Source: Tubulanus polymorphus
Lineage: Eukaryota; Animalia; Nemertea
Length of the DNA stretch: 64,000 nucleotides
Reading direction: 5' to 3'
Assembly: GCF_964204645.1 (NCBI RefSeq)
Contig: NC_134028.1
Span: forward strand, 11,083,263-11,147,262
Below are positions 1 through 12,867 of this stretch, in pieces. Positions within the stretch are counted from its first letter, which is position 1. Every line of letters starts with the position of its first letter. A program made the position numbers and the translations under genes. The notes under the pieces are model-generated. The model was not told where the DNA came from. It worked only from the letters and a program-made list of their open reading frames with translations, and made no database searches.

Positions 1-2404
1 GCACTTGTATTAAGGGCAATATGCCCTTGTTAATCTCCTCCTTTGGTGGCCGGTTGGCCATCTTATCTACCTTAAATGTTGTAAATAAGAGATAACCTCG
101 AGGTTGTGTATATATTGTTCATTGTTCGAATATTTCCAAGAAATAATAAATAGTATTCAAGAGAATATTATCATATACATAAAATTCTAAATCTTTGCCT
201 TTTTCCCTAAACTATTTTTGTGGTGTCGGATTTACTATCAATTGAGGAAAGGATTTTCTTGTGCATTTTTGGGATTCTGTGACACCATAAAATATTCTTG
301 AAGAATCTTGTGGGTTGGAGAGTTTAGGGCATCATGTAAGTCTTCAAAAAGGGGAAGCATTGAGGGCACCCTCTAGTGGGAGAGGCCAAATATTGGTGAA
401 TGCTCCTCGTTTTATTTAGTTGGTATCTATTATTCTTTTTGAAGCTAAACGCCTGATCAGGTCGGCTGTGGAGGCTGGAAATACTTGTAGCGCTGGACGC
501 AGTCCTGTATTTCCTCCTCAGTCGGAGAGAAAGCTAGGGGATTTTTATTTCATTTGACTCATTCATGATTCTTCTATTAATTCTTTTGGTCACAGTTTTT
601 CATACATGCACACGCCTTTTTCATGGGTGATTTGTGAGGACATTCAGTCACCCGTGTTACCATTATGACCTATCACTGAGAATTAGGACTCCTTTAAGTA
701 TTCTCACTCACCAGAGGAAGACTTGACATATTTTTGCGCGTTAAATCTCATGGAGGAAAACAAGAGAATTTCCCCCTTCTAGCTTCTCTACCTCCCAGAT
801 GCTAGTGACGTGAGCGAACCCTAGAAGCGACGCCTATATGCAACTTTTTCCTTAAATGTATAGGATTATAGAAAGAGAGAGAGAGAGTTACCTGTATTCC
901 CTCTTGGTCGAGGAAATTCCGAGAGTTGAGACCTTAGACTTGACATTATGAATTTTAACGGAAACGGAAGTAGATTTTTGTAGTCACTTGCCAGAGCACG
1001 CTACCCCGAATCCCGGTATTCCGCTTCATAGTATTCAATTGCAAAGTATTAAGTATTATTATTGAGTCGCCACATCATTGTGATGCTGGGACTGGGACAC
1101 GGCGAGGGTTATCCCTCTCCGTCTCCCAGTCGCTCATACTCCGAGTTAGTCTAGTTCAAACTTGTGACAATCAGGCGGTTTAGCCACCTGTCCGTTAGTA
1201 TTATGAACCTGCGGGATCTAACCGTTCGGGCTTCCTCGCATCAATCCGCGTATATATCATATGGGTAGAATTAACCCCCCTTATTATTTTAGTCGGGTGC
1301 CGTCAATGGCCTTAGTGCATTTATACCCGCAAGCAAAGCTGCGTGCGGTATTTTTTTCGAGCTATTAAATGAGAGAAAGGTGTGAGAGTACCATTCCAGT
1401 TGCATTATAATACGTTGGTTTCACTAAACCTCTTGAGTCTCGGAATTTGTCGGGTGACGATTAGCCATTCAGCCAGTGGTAGTCCAGGTCGAAACCAAGT
1501 CTTCCCTTGATGTGTTACTTCCTAAGAGGACCGGAGATGAGTGTCCCGAAGAAAGAATGGAGGGCCAGGGAACTGATCAGTCCCTGCGTCGGACCACCAG
1601 TGAAGGCGAATTCCAACCAAGATGAAGAATCCCTGTAGTGGTAGTTCAAGAGGAGGTGTTATCGAGTCGGCCCTGGGGCCGGGTTCAGATATTGGGATCT
1701 GTCCATCGTCACTGACATTTCCGCTTCAGACTCAAGCCTTTTATTTATTTAATTTCATAGTTGTACCTCTCACGCCCCTCTCCCCTAGATGTTCTTTCAT
1801 AGCGTGAGTTAACCACATTTCGTACGAAAAATTAGTTGAACATGATTAGGCTGACGAGCCGTCATTTAGTGAGATATTGTGACCTTATCCTAGGGGTCTA
1901 CTAGTATTACGAGTATTAAGAGTATTACGAGTATTAAAAGTATTACGAGTATAAAAAGAATTACTACGAATGAGCACTACGAGTAGCGAGCAACATTCCA
2001 TTTATAAATTTTGCGTTGTTGAGGCAATAAACATGTCTAACGTTACGTTTTACGAATAACGGTCTTATGTCTTTATTGAGTGGATTTCTGAGTCCGAGTC
2101 AGTTCAACCAGTTTCGGGAACAACTCTCTGGAACCGATAAGGACGCGCTACCCAGAACGAAGGAGTCCGAGTTGTTGTTGGTCGCCTTCAGGTTAAGGAC
2201 GATTGGACCCGAAGACCCACCAAGAATTGATAGAATTGATAGGAGGCACGACGTGTGGTGGGGATCCCCGACGAAGTTATTTGGCCCGGCCCGTGCGTTA
2301 GGGAAGCCAAGCTGTAGACCAGTACTGAGCGGCGGTATATTGTCTGGCGCAGCCGTTGTGAGAAAATCTGGCCCGGAGAGCCAGTCGGTTACTGTGCCCG
2401 GCCT

Positions 2405-4150
2405 ATTCGGTTACATAAGGAGCGCCATCTAGGGGACAGCTGATAACATGGATACATTGATCCACATGGGCTACTACGCGAAAAGTTCTAATGTACCAAG
2501 GTTAGGGGAAATGACACCGAGAATAACAAAGATACGGTACTTTTACCGTGCCCAAGTGGCCGGGAATTTGCCGGTTAGCATACTACTGAATTAAAATCGA
2601 AAAAAACTGATGCTAGAATGAGTTTTCAACCTTAACACCCCCTAGTGGTTAGAATAGGAACTCATTATGTTAGGAATTCGTTGTATCTTATATCCAGGTA
2701 TATGTATATCAATTTTCATTGAAATCCCTTTATCCGCTTAGTAGATATCAATTAAAATGCATTTCCAGCAACTTGTAGGTGGCGCTCCTAGAGAACCATA
2801 TGAGTAACCTACTTAAACCATACATCAATCCAAGTGTCTTGTAAAGGGCTACTAACCACACATTTAAACAACAATTCCATTGGCAACGGTTAAGAGCCTA
2901 CGAGCAGAAATCGTTGTTTTCACGGTCCCCTGGTGGTAGTTGTATGAACTAATCATGCAGGTTGGCATATTACACACATTTCTGTGTACTTATACCAAGT
3001 TTTGTGATTTGCATAATAATCAGACCGCAACATGCGAAAAATGGATGCTGAAATGAGTTTTTAAAATTTACGCCCCTAGTGGTTAAAATAGGAACTAATT
3101 ATGTGAGGGTTCTTTGTATTTAGTAACCAGGTACATGTGTATCAATTTTTATAGAAATCCATCCACACGCTTAGTCGATATTGATGAAAATGCGTTATCC
3201 AGCATATTATAGGTGGCGCTACTGGAGAACCAAATGAGTTACATGGTTAAACCATACATCAATACAAGCGTCTTGTCAAGGGCTACTGATCACTCATTGC
3301 AACCACGATTCTATCTCCAACGGTTAAGGAGCTAGGAGCAAAAATCTCATTAAAAATATTTGGGGCCCATTTAAGAGCCCCTAGAGCCCGAACGGTTAAT
3401 CGCAGATCGGGCGTGCCATTGACTTTTTTAACCTGCGGGCTGTTATGAACAACTTTCGTGCTCGCCCGAAGCTGAAAAGTCAAAGACAAAAATTGTTCTC
3501 ACACAGTAACTTTTCGATGTCGGAATTTTCAGAAGTAAAACGCCTCCTGGTGGGTGAACGGGGTTCCCAATAAAAGATCCCTTCGACTTACCTCAAGGTA
3601 CCTGTGTTCCGTACATCTCGCGTAAGTTTCAAGTTAATCCGTTACGAAATAGTCTTGTTACTAGCCGAATTCGAAGTATTAAAGCCTATATACTGATATA
3701 TGATGCTCTCTTACTTGTGTATACGACACAAACAAGCTATAAAAATTCCTCAGTTGCGTTCAGTCGAGCAATGTCCTAATTCAACAATCGACTCTTAGAG
3801 GAGATAAAAATATCACTACTGCTTATGTGTTTACTACAGATCTAGAACAACCCAGCTCTATCAATATAAGGACACAAACACACGTACGTAGGAGGCGCTG
3901 TGGGAATAAGGCACGTATACAATACATACACGTATATGAATGCTGTTTCAATCGGGCTTAAATTTCGATGTTTAGAGGCTTACAGTGAGTAAACAGTGCA
4001 ATTCTGATTAATATCACGTACAGTATTTGTCAATGCAGCGTACTACTTGTGATACAGAATGGTTTCACCGACAGTGAAAGTAAGTTGCAGTTGTTTATAT
4101 CCTTTCAGTAAGATCCAGTGTGAAAAAGAATATAATAATAATAATAATAA
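2405..4150 (-). repeat. Helentron-associated (HINE/DINE-like) non-autonomous repeat, copy 1 of a tandem ~1.77-kb pair
   Basis: Aligns along its length with 4190-5945 (e.g. TAAGGAGCGCCA.CTAGGGG.CAGCTGA at ~2416 and ~4195); internal sub-repeats; ends in (AAT)n. Confidence 0.6.
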
Positions 4151-6150
4151 ATATAGCTGCAAAGCAGCGATAACGGGTTTCTGCCTTGCTGGATAAGGAG
4201 CGCCACCTAGGGGTCAGCTGATTACATGGCTATGTTGATTCACATGGGATACTACGCGAAAAGATCTTATGTACCAACGTTAGGGGAAATGACACCGAGA
4301 ATAACGAAGATACGGAACTTTTACCATGCCCAAGTGGTCGGTAATTTGCCGGTTAGCATACTACTGAATTACAATCGAAAAAACTGAATGAGTTTTCAAC
4401 ATTAACGCCCCCTAGTGGTTAGAATAGGAACTAATTATGTTAGGGATTCGTTGTATCTTATATCCATGTACATGTATATCAATTTTCATAGAAATCCCTT
4501 TATCCGCTTAGTAGCTATCAATGAAAATGCATTTCCAGCAAAATGTAGGTGGCGCTCCTGGAGAACCATATAAGTTACCTACTGGAACCATACATCAATA
4601 CAAGTATCTTGAAAAGGGCTACTAACCACACATTGCAACCGTGATTCTATCGCCAACGGTTAAGGACCTAGGAGCAAAAATCGTTTGTTTTCACAGTCCC
4701 CTGGTGGCAGTTGTATGAACTAATCATGCAGGATGGCATATTACACACATGTCTTTGTACTTATACCAAGTTTTGTGATTTTCATAATAAACAGACCGCA
4801 TTAAATGCGAAAAATGGATGCCTAAATCGATTTTTCAAAATTTACGCCCCCTAGTGGTTAAAATGGGAACTAATCATATGAGGGGTTCGTTTCGTTTAGT
4901 AACCAGGTACATGTGTATCAATTTTTATAGAAATCCATTGATACCCTTAGTCGATATAGATGAAAATGTGTTTTCCAGCGTCTTATAGGTGGCGCTACTA
5001 GAGAACCATATGAGTTACATAGTTATACCATACATCAATACAAGCGTCTTGTCAAGGGCTACTGATCACTCGTGCAACCACGACTCTATCTCCAACGGTT
5101 AAGGAGCTAGGAACAAAAATCTCTTTGAAAAATTTGGGGTCCCATTTTCGAGCCCGTAGAGCCCAAACGGTTAATCGCAGATAGGGCGTGCCATTGGCTT
5201 TTTAACCTCCAGGCTGTCATGAACAACTTTCGTGCCCGGCCGAAGCTGAAAACTCGAAGACAAAAATTTTTCTCAAACAGTAACTTTTCGATGTCAGAAT
5301 TTTCAAAAGTAAAACGCCCCCTGGTGGGTGAATGGGGTCCCCAATCAAAGATCCCTTCCACTTACCTGAAGATACCTGTGTTCCGTACATCTCACGTAAG
5401 TTTCAAGTAAATCCGTTGCGCAATATTCTTGTTACTAGCCCAATTCGAAGTATTAAAGCCTATATATGATCCTCTCTATCTTGTGTTGCCGAATTCGAAG
5501 CTATATATGATGCTCTCTTACTTGTGCAAACAAGCTATAAAAATTCCTCAGTTGCGTTTGGTCGAGCAATGTCCTAATTCAACAATCGACTCTTAGAGGA
5601 GGTAAAAATATCACTACTGCTTATGTATTTACTACAGATCTAGAACAACCCAGCTCTATCAATATAAGGATACACACACAAACACACGTACTTAGGAGGT
5701 GCTGTGGGAATAAGACACGTATACAAAACATATACGTATATGGATACTGTTTGAATCGGGCTTAAATTTCGATGTTTAGAGGCTCACAGTGAGTAAACAG
5801 TGCAATTCTAATTAATATTATATACAGTATTTGTCAATGCAGCGTAGTACTTGTGATCCAGAATGGTTTCACCGACAGTGAAAGTAAATTGCAGTTGTTT
5901 ATATCCTTTCAGTAAGATCCAGTGTGAAAAAGAATATAATAATAATAATCAGCAGGAATACAATAGGGTTTCTGCGTAGGCAGCAGAAACCCTAATAATA
6001 ATCAGCAGGAATACAATAGGGTTTCTGCGAAGGCAGCAGAAACCCTAATAACAATCAACAGAATTACAAGAGGGTTTTCGACGAAAGTCAGAAAACCCTA
6101 ATAATCACGCGAATTTCAATAGGGTTTTCTGTGAAGAAACAGAAAACCCT
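4150..6150 (-). repeat. HINE-like repeat copy 2 with a multimerised terminal hairpin
   Basis: TAGCTGCAAAGCAGCGAT hairpin at ~4153; (AAT)n microsatellite; four ~52-bp units with TAGGGTTT(C/T)...(G/A)AAACCCTA stems at 5948-6150. Confidence 0.6.
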
Positions 6151-6439
6151 AATTAATGATGTTATAACACATATTAAAAATATTACATTTTTTAATGAAA
6201 CAACATTTGATTTTGAAACAACAATAAATAAAGAAACTTTTTATGTAGAAAAGATTACCGATTTAATTAGAGAGTCATTAAGATTTTATGAATTAGATGA
6301 AGATTTCATTATTGTAGATATTAAAAAAATAATAACTGAAATATATAAAAATGAAACTAATAATATTATAAATGTTGAAATAATTATAACTAAGATAACT
6401 AAATATTTTGAAGATAGTAATTTTTTGATAAATAAATGA
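6150..6439 (+). pseudogene. 5'-truncated homologue of viral ORF 42531
   Basis: INDVITHIKNI...ESLRFYELDEDF is near-identical to 42531-42827. Confidence 0.85.
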
Positions 6440-7101
6440 GTGATAATAAGTAGATAATAACTGGATTATATAATGGTGCCTTACTATCAGTTGGAACTGT
6501 TAGTTATTCAATGGTATTAAAACAAGTATTCAAAATGGGAAGTGTTATGTTGATAGATTTGATATAAATGATATTTTAAAATTAACGTTAGCAGTTACTT
6601 TATCTAATTGAACTATTGATTATTTAGAAAGACAAAAATATATTCCTCCTATATGAATGCGTAATTTTTTTGCTAAATAAATGGCATCTACAATTATAAC
6701 TATGATAGGGTCAGCAATAGTTAACGCTTTGGCATTTACTGGAGGTGGATATTTATTTAAACATATTGATAAAAATCGATCATTAACTAACAAAGAAGGC
6801 ATAATTTAACCTTAGAAAAGTATAATAAAGCAGCAGAAGAATATAGAGAAAAGAGGCAAAATTATATGGATTACATTAATAAAGAATTATATAATCAGAA
6901 AATTACACATAGAGATTTTCAATCAGTTGATGAAGCTATGAGTTTATATAATGCAGTAACAAATAAAGAAAAACTACATCTATATAAACCTAAATTATCG
7001 GATTATTATACCCCAAGTAAAGAATAACAGAAATATGAAATAATATGGATTTTAGATGGAACAGTTATTGTTATATTTGTTGCATATAAATTTACTAATT
7101 A
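6436..7101 (+). pseudogene. Disrupted homologues of small membrane genes 42828 and 43069
   Basis: Nucleotide similarity to 42828-43491; TAAATG starts at 6436 and 6681; internal stops and frameshifts. Confidence 0.8.
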
Positions 7102-7121
7102 GAAATTTCTTTTCTAAATAA

Positions 7122-7545
7122 ATGGATGATAAAATTGATAATATTGATATTATTCCTCATGATATAAATGAAACTAAATTAAGAATATATTTGGAAAAAC
7201 AATTATTAGAATTTGAAAGTGACTTAAAGATAAAAAAGAAAAAATATTTAAAATCTGAAATTATATATTATTTTATTATTAGTGGTTCAGTTACAATTAG
7301 TTCTGTTATAACATTTCTAGCAACATTCAGTCCATTAACACCGTTAGCTATCTCAATTGGTGTGTTAGGATTAAGTTCAAGTGTTTTAACCGGTATAAGT
7401 TCAAAATTGAATATAAAAAGTAATAAAGAAAAAATAAAATCTAATATAAAAGAAATTAATAAATTAGAAAAATACATTAGATTATATAATAAGTTTAAAT
7501 GGTAATATAACAGTTGAAGAACAAGATAAATTATTAAAAGAATTA
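7122..7545 (+). pseudogene. Two-TM viral protein, homologue of 43511 (frameshifted near the C-terminus)
   Basis: IISGSVTISSVITFLA.FSPLTPLAISIGVLGLSSSVLTGIS shared with 43511-43936. Confidence 0.85.
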
Positions 7546-7570
7546 ATAAATACATTTTTTTATTATATAA

Positions 7571-8583
7571 ATGGGGTTTCCAAAAGCTGTCCAATATAAT
7601 AAATCAATTAAATATATTATTCCTGCAATAGATTTTAATAAAAATATTACATATAAAAATTTAGTTTTGAATTCATTAATTAACCTAGAAATTTATGTTA
7701 CTGAAACGCAGTTTTTTATTTCTAAAATGGAAAATATATTTAATACATATGAAGTTACTTTTACTCGAGATGAATATCATATATATAAAGTAAAATCTAA
7801 TATGAAATATTGGCAGAACCAATTAAATTTTGCTGTTTATTGTGCAAGAACTGGCTGTGGTATAAGTTGGAATGATCATTTAAATAACTTAGATAAAAAT
7901 TTGAATTATTCTGATTTAAAATTCATCCATACAATATTTAGATTTCACACATATTTTCAAATCAAAACTATATTAAATGAATTAGAATGTCCTTTGCCCG
8001 GATCTAAATATTTCAAAGAATTAGATAATAATATTAATCTATCTAAGTTTTATAAAATATGTAATGAATTTAATGTAAATATTAATTCCGATTTTAGAGC
8101 GCATGGTAAATTGCAAGGTATTGGTGAACAGTATGAAATAAAAAGAATTGATTATATGCATAGAATTGGAGCTTATCATAATTATAAAATTGATAATAAT
8201 AATGGTTGGATTAATTTCATTTTAGAAAATAGTGAAGGTTTTACAAAATGAGGTATACAAAGAATAAATCAATCTATAAGAATATGTTTAATTTGTATTA
8301 AAGGGGCGCATGTTGAAACAAGATCACCAATAGTTGGAAATGATAATACTCATTTGATACACAAAACAATTCAAAGTATTATTTGAAGATTCCATTCATA
8401 ATGATAAAAATAGATCGATTCCAGAAAATATAGTCAGGTACCAAAATTATTTAGATAAATCATATTATTATTCAACATGATATAATTAAAACTAATAATG
8501 ATAATAAATCCCATGAAAATGCTAAATTAGCTATAACTTGTATAGGAATTGTAATTGGAGGAATATTATATTTTAGATTTTAA
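7571..8583 (+). pseudogene. Homologue of viral gene 43953-45341 (WQNQLNFAV.C..T.CGISW), with stop and internal deletion
   Basis: Protein similarity to ORFs 43953 and 44757; TGA at 8249; deletion before the C-terminal TM segment. Confidence 0.85.
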
Positions 8584-8598
8584 TTTTTTATCATATAA

Positions 8599-9180
8599 AT
8601 GGATGAGGAAATTCCTTTGAATGACATGGATCCTTTAGATGAACCTGGTATAAGTGATGAACCACAACCTGATTTTAATGAAACTAATATTGATAATGAC
8701 GATAGAGCAGCATATAATACTAATTTAGGTGAAGATGATCCTAGTGGGCCTATATTATATGATTATGATAAATTTAAAGATGATACTGAAACAGATGAAA
8801 TATTAAAAAATTATTTAAGAAGCCGGGATGAGATAATAATTAAAACTAGACCAGAAAGAAAAGATGATAATAAAAGTGATAACTTTGATGAAATAATTCA
8901 ATATTACAGTTATGAAGATTTTTCACAAGTAAATTTTATTTATAACATCTAAAGATGTTATAAATAAAATTTAAAATGATGCAAAAAATAAATATAAAAA
9001 TATAAGTGAAGATCAATTAAATCAATATATCTATTTAAATCATGAATTGAATGCTAAATGTTTGAGGGCTAGCTATAGTTATCATACCAAACAATAAGGT
9101 GAAGTTGAAAATCACAAGAATTAAAAGATGCATGGAACAAATTGTTGTTAGAATTAGAATCAGAAAAGTAATCTAAAATA
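8599..9180 (+). pseudogene. N-terminal remnant of the 45358-type coiled-coil membrane gene
   Basis: DEPGI.DE..PDF.ET N-terminus shared with 45358; same syntenic position. Confidence 0.7.
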
Positions 9181-9225
9181 TGAATATAATACCCCCTTGT
9201 GTCTTTATGTCTTAAGTAGTTTTTA

Positions 9226-10533
9226 CGGAAGAGCAATGCAGCCAACAACATTTTATTTTCAGTTTAAAAAGTCGACTTTTCGACTTAGTAAGTCGACTTT
9301 TCGAGTTTAAAAAGTCGACTTTTCGACTTTAAAAAGTCGACTTTTCGAGTTAATAAGTCGACTTTTCGAGTTAGTAAGTCGACTTTTCAAGTTATTAAGT
9401 CGAATTTTCGAGTTCATAAGTCGACTTTTCGAGTTAGTAAGTTGACTTTTCGACTTTAAAAAGTCGACTTTTCGACTCTCACTTTTTGGGACTCGTACAA
9501 AACCGTCGCAAGCCTTTATCACGACGAAATTATGTCGAAAAACGAGATATATAGCGATTTATCGAAATGATTAAGTTGATACATCGCGTTAATGTCGTCT
9601 TATCGCAAAAACTTATCACGGTAAATCGTGATACGGATACATTCGTGATTCGTGATACGTGATACTGTATCTCGACATGACCGTACCATCGACATAATTA
9701 TCACGAGTTAACCTTAAAATGCATGTCAATTTATTGAGACAATATCGCAAAAAGTCGACATCAATATCACGACATTGTATAATTGATGAAGTATACTTAT
9801 TCATATTGATATATTGAGATCGCTGACCTAATTCCGGTTCATAGAACACTGAGGGATACCTCATCGAATTACAAGATACAGGGAGGTCTAAGGGCATTAA
9901 GGGTGTTCTCCCTTATTCCTACATTCAATTTCAAGCTAGTGTAATTTTTCAGCCCTTCATAGGCAAATACAAATGGTTACATATTCAATTTAATTTTCCA
10001 GATGATTGGCACATCACAGGGCTTTAGGGGCCATATACTCCTTGAGATTTTTGCCTGAACCCCCTCCCGTTTTACTATGGGGCCTTAAGTATGCATCTCT
10101 TTATTGAAATTAGGTCAGCTATAGGTCAGCAATATATTGGGTCGAACAACTATCACATCACTGCCGGCGGAAAGTCGACTTTCTACAGTCGAAAAGTCGA
10201 CTTATTAAGTCGAAAATTCGACTTTTTAAAGTCGAAAAGTCGACTTTTTAAACTCGAAAAGTCATCTTATTAAGTCGAAAAGTCGACTTTCTACAGTCGA
10301 AAAGTCGACTTTTTGAAGTCGAAAAGTCGACTTTTTAAACTCGAAAAGTCGACTTCTTAAACTCGAAAAGTCGACTTATTAAGCCGAAAAGTCGACTTTT
10401 TGAAGGGTCGACTTACTAACTCGAAAAGTCGACTTTTTAAAGTCGAAAAGTCGGCTTAATAACTCGAAAAATCGACTTACTAAGTCGAAAAGTCGACTGA
10501 AAATAAAATGTTGTTGGCCGCATTGCTCTTCCG
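9226..10533. mobile_element. Foldback-like MITE, TA target duplication, 21-bp GTCGAC-rich subterminal arrays
   Basis: TIR CGGAAGAGCAATGC.GCCAACAACATTTTATTTTCAGT at both ends; TA at 9224-9225 and 10534-10535; arrays at ~9265-9480 and, inverted, ~10170-10497. Confidence 0.85.
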
Positions 10534-10659
10534 TACTTAAGTACTAAAACGACTAAAGACAATAAAGACATAAGGGGGTATTAATTATTTGAAATGCCTT
10601 ATTTTATAAATTTATATTTATAAGGAAATTGAAGCCTCAGTAATAATTTTGAACATTTA

Positions 10660-10880
10660 TTACTTATTAATTATTAATTATTAATTACTTATTAATTTAT
10701 TCATATATTCATCATGTAATTCAGTAGGTATAATTTGATTTTCTTCCAGAGATTGTTGCATAGATTTTCTATCTTGTAGAATAAAACTAAAAATCTTATA
10801 TTCTCCCTAAAATCTTTAACAATTGAATTATATTTTGATTTAAAACCAATGTTGTTATCCCTATTATATGTTTTATTCAT
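10660..10880 (-). pseudogene. A32-like packaging ATPase C-terminal remnant
   Basis: Hand translation matches KYNSIVKDFRENIRFLVLFY...LEEN.I.P..LH.EYM.KL of 49243-49851. Confidence 0.8.
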
Positions 10881-10929
10881 TTCATAAATAAATAGATTTC
10901 ATAAATAAATAGAATAGAAATAACCTAAT

Positions 10930-11936
10930 ATTTCCTCATCTTTTAAATCTTCCAATTCATAAACAAATGGTTTAGTTAATATTATCTTTTTAATTTTGAA
11001 TATTTCTTCAGTAAAATTTGGGGTATAACCTTTATAAAATGTTTTTCAATATTTAGATATTCTAACATGTTGTCCTATCTTAAATTTAGGTTCTCCGAAA
11101 TACGGGATATCGACAAATTCAAGTTCTTGAATTACTCGTTCGATGGCGCTAGTCAGAACCGGAAATTGGAACCTAAATCCGCCATGTTCGAGTTCATTTG
11201 CAATAAAAATCTCTCGCTTCAGGTTTTTAGTTAGCGATATTTTACTTTCTATACAACGGCAACAAACGCTCCATATAAATTACTCCAAACTATTTCTAAA
11301 TTATATTCTTTTCCAGCTTGTATAGGTTTCATACCAATACTTGAATGTTTAGAATTATTATAACCTTTCACTAAATCATCTAATACATCGATATATTTAT
11401 ATGTTTCATTAGCAGTAAAATATTTCCACATTCTAGTTTTCAATGTTTTATTAAACCTTTATATAATAGATGCTTTTTTATCTGAGTGTGTTGAAAAATA
11501 ATCTACATCGTTTTCAGATAATAGTTTTTTAAAATGTTTATTATAAAATTCCTTACCTTCATCAAATTGTACCTTACCTGGAATAACTTGTTACTTCTAT
11601 ACCAGTTTTATTTTTGATTGGAATTGACCATGCCTATCTACTAATATATCTATAACATAGACATAGATTGTGTTCTTCTAAGTTCTTCATGTCAATTAAA
11701 TCTGCATGCCATTGTTGATCGATATATGAAACCATAACTTTTCTTGTTAAATAATTTTTATCCATTTTCTTATGGATTTGATATGTTGGTTGATTTTGTA
11801 ACCATAATCTTAATTCACTATATTTTATATTTTCTTTATCAGATTTAATTTTATCCCATAATTCTGTAACGCTCGAATATGATACTTCACTCTCTGGGTT
11901 ATAATATAACTCCTTTAAATATTGTTCCTTTTTCAT
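10930..11936 (-). pseudogene. Polinton rve integrase, frameshifted, with a ~150-bp foreign insert at 11101-11255
   Basis: YYNPES.V.YSS, QQW.ADLIDM, QFDEGKEF, RMWKYFTAN, YNNS.HSSIGMKP motifs shared with 48115-49242. Confidence 0.9.
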
Positions 11937-11942
11937 CTTCTT

Positions 11943-12302
11943 TTAATCCATTAATAATAATCTTGATTTAGTTTCAATGACTTTATCATTTGATTTATTT
12001 TCTGGTACAATAGGTTTATTATTATCATCATCTTTATCATCAGATTTATACTTATATTTATAAATTACACCGGAGAATATAATAACTGTTACTAATCTAA
12101 TTGTAATATATAATTTATTATTACTTCCAGCATTAGAAACATTAGATGGATTATTATTTGAATCAATATCAGATAATTTCTGTGATTCATTTATATCACT
12201 TAATTTATTTTTCTTAGCTCTTTTTAATTCTGCAGATCTTTTACCTAATTCCCTTGCCCATTTAATTTGTTTCTCAGATCTAGGCTTAACTTCTTCACTC
12301 AT
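11943..12302 (-). CDS. Small single-TM viral protein, homologue of 50661
   Basis: KPRSEKQIKWARELG vs KPRTQKQIEWSRQLG; hydrophobic central segment. Confidence 0.75.
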   Translation of the reverse strand: MSEEVKPRSEKQIKWARELGKRSAELKRAKKNKLSDINESQKLSDIDSNNNPSNVSNAGSNNKLYITIRLVTVIIFSGVIYKYKYKSDDKDDDNNKPIVPENKSNDKVIETKSRLLLMD

Positions 12303-12867
12303 TTATTTTAGTTAATTTTTGTTCTGATTCAATATCTTCTGATTCATTTTTATCTTTGTATTCTATAGGTTTGATATTAGAAAATGTTATAACTCCAGTA
12401 GAAATTAATGTCATTATTCCTCCTAATTGGAATGAAGCGTATCCAACCCATTTCTGTAATTCTGTCATTACTAAGTAGTCATTTTTCAAATCAGCATATA
12501 ATTTATTTTCATCACCAATTGGTATTACTCGATTACATAATTTAGAGTAACATTTTATAATACCACCACTTATAGAGTCATTTATTCCGGCTAATCTAGC
12601 TTCTTCATATATTTTGAAATGTTTTATTACTTTATCTGGTTTCGTGGCATCTAGTTCTTGAAAAGTTATAATTTTAGTGAGAAATTCCTTACATTTGCCG
12701 CTAGCAATAAATAATTCTAGATGGTGCTTACACGTCAAATAGTATTCATAATCAATATTATCATTTTGAATACAATTAGAAACAACTGTATCTTTATTAT
12801 CTGTTATACCTAAATCCTCAATTGTCTTTTCAATTTCGGTATTATTTTTACTCAATTTCTTTGACAT
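12295..12867 (-). CDS. Viral protein of unknown function, intact homologue of 50165
   Basis: YEYYL.CKH.LE..IASGKCK and DLKNDYLVMTEL motifs shared; TAAATG start. Confidence 0.8.
   Translation of the reverse strand: MSKKLSKNNTEIEKTIEDLGITDNKDTVVSNCIQNDNIDYEYYLTCKHHLELFIASGKCKEFLTKIITFQELDATKPDKVIKHFKIYEEARLAGINDSISGGIIKCYSKLCNRVIPIGDENKLYADLKNDYLVMTELQKWVGYASFQLGGIMTLISTGVITFSNIKPIEYKDKNESEDIESEQKLTKINE

Noticed and set aside
1885-2001. TAAATG-initiated 38-codon ORF on - over an 18-bp tandem repeat
   Set aside because: Too short, repeat-derived, and without Polinton context
1622-2432. ORFs of 61 and 121 aa in a more GC-rich stretch
   Set aside because: No recognisable motif; the second runs into a repeat; cannot be assigned
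9265-10497. Regular short repeats resembling a CRISPR array, and ORFs 9307-9522 and 10091-10273
   Set aside because: No unique spacers and no cas genes; these are MITE subterminal repeats and the ORFs are repeat translations
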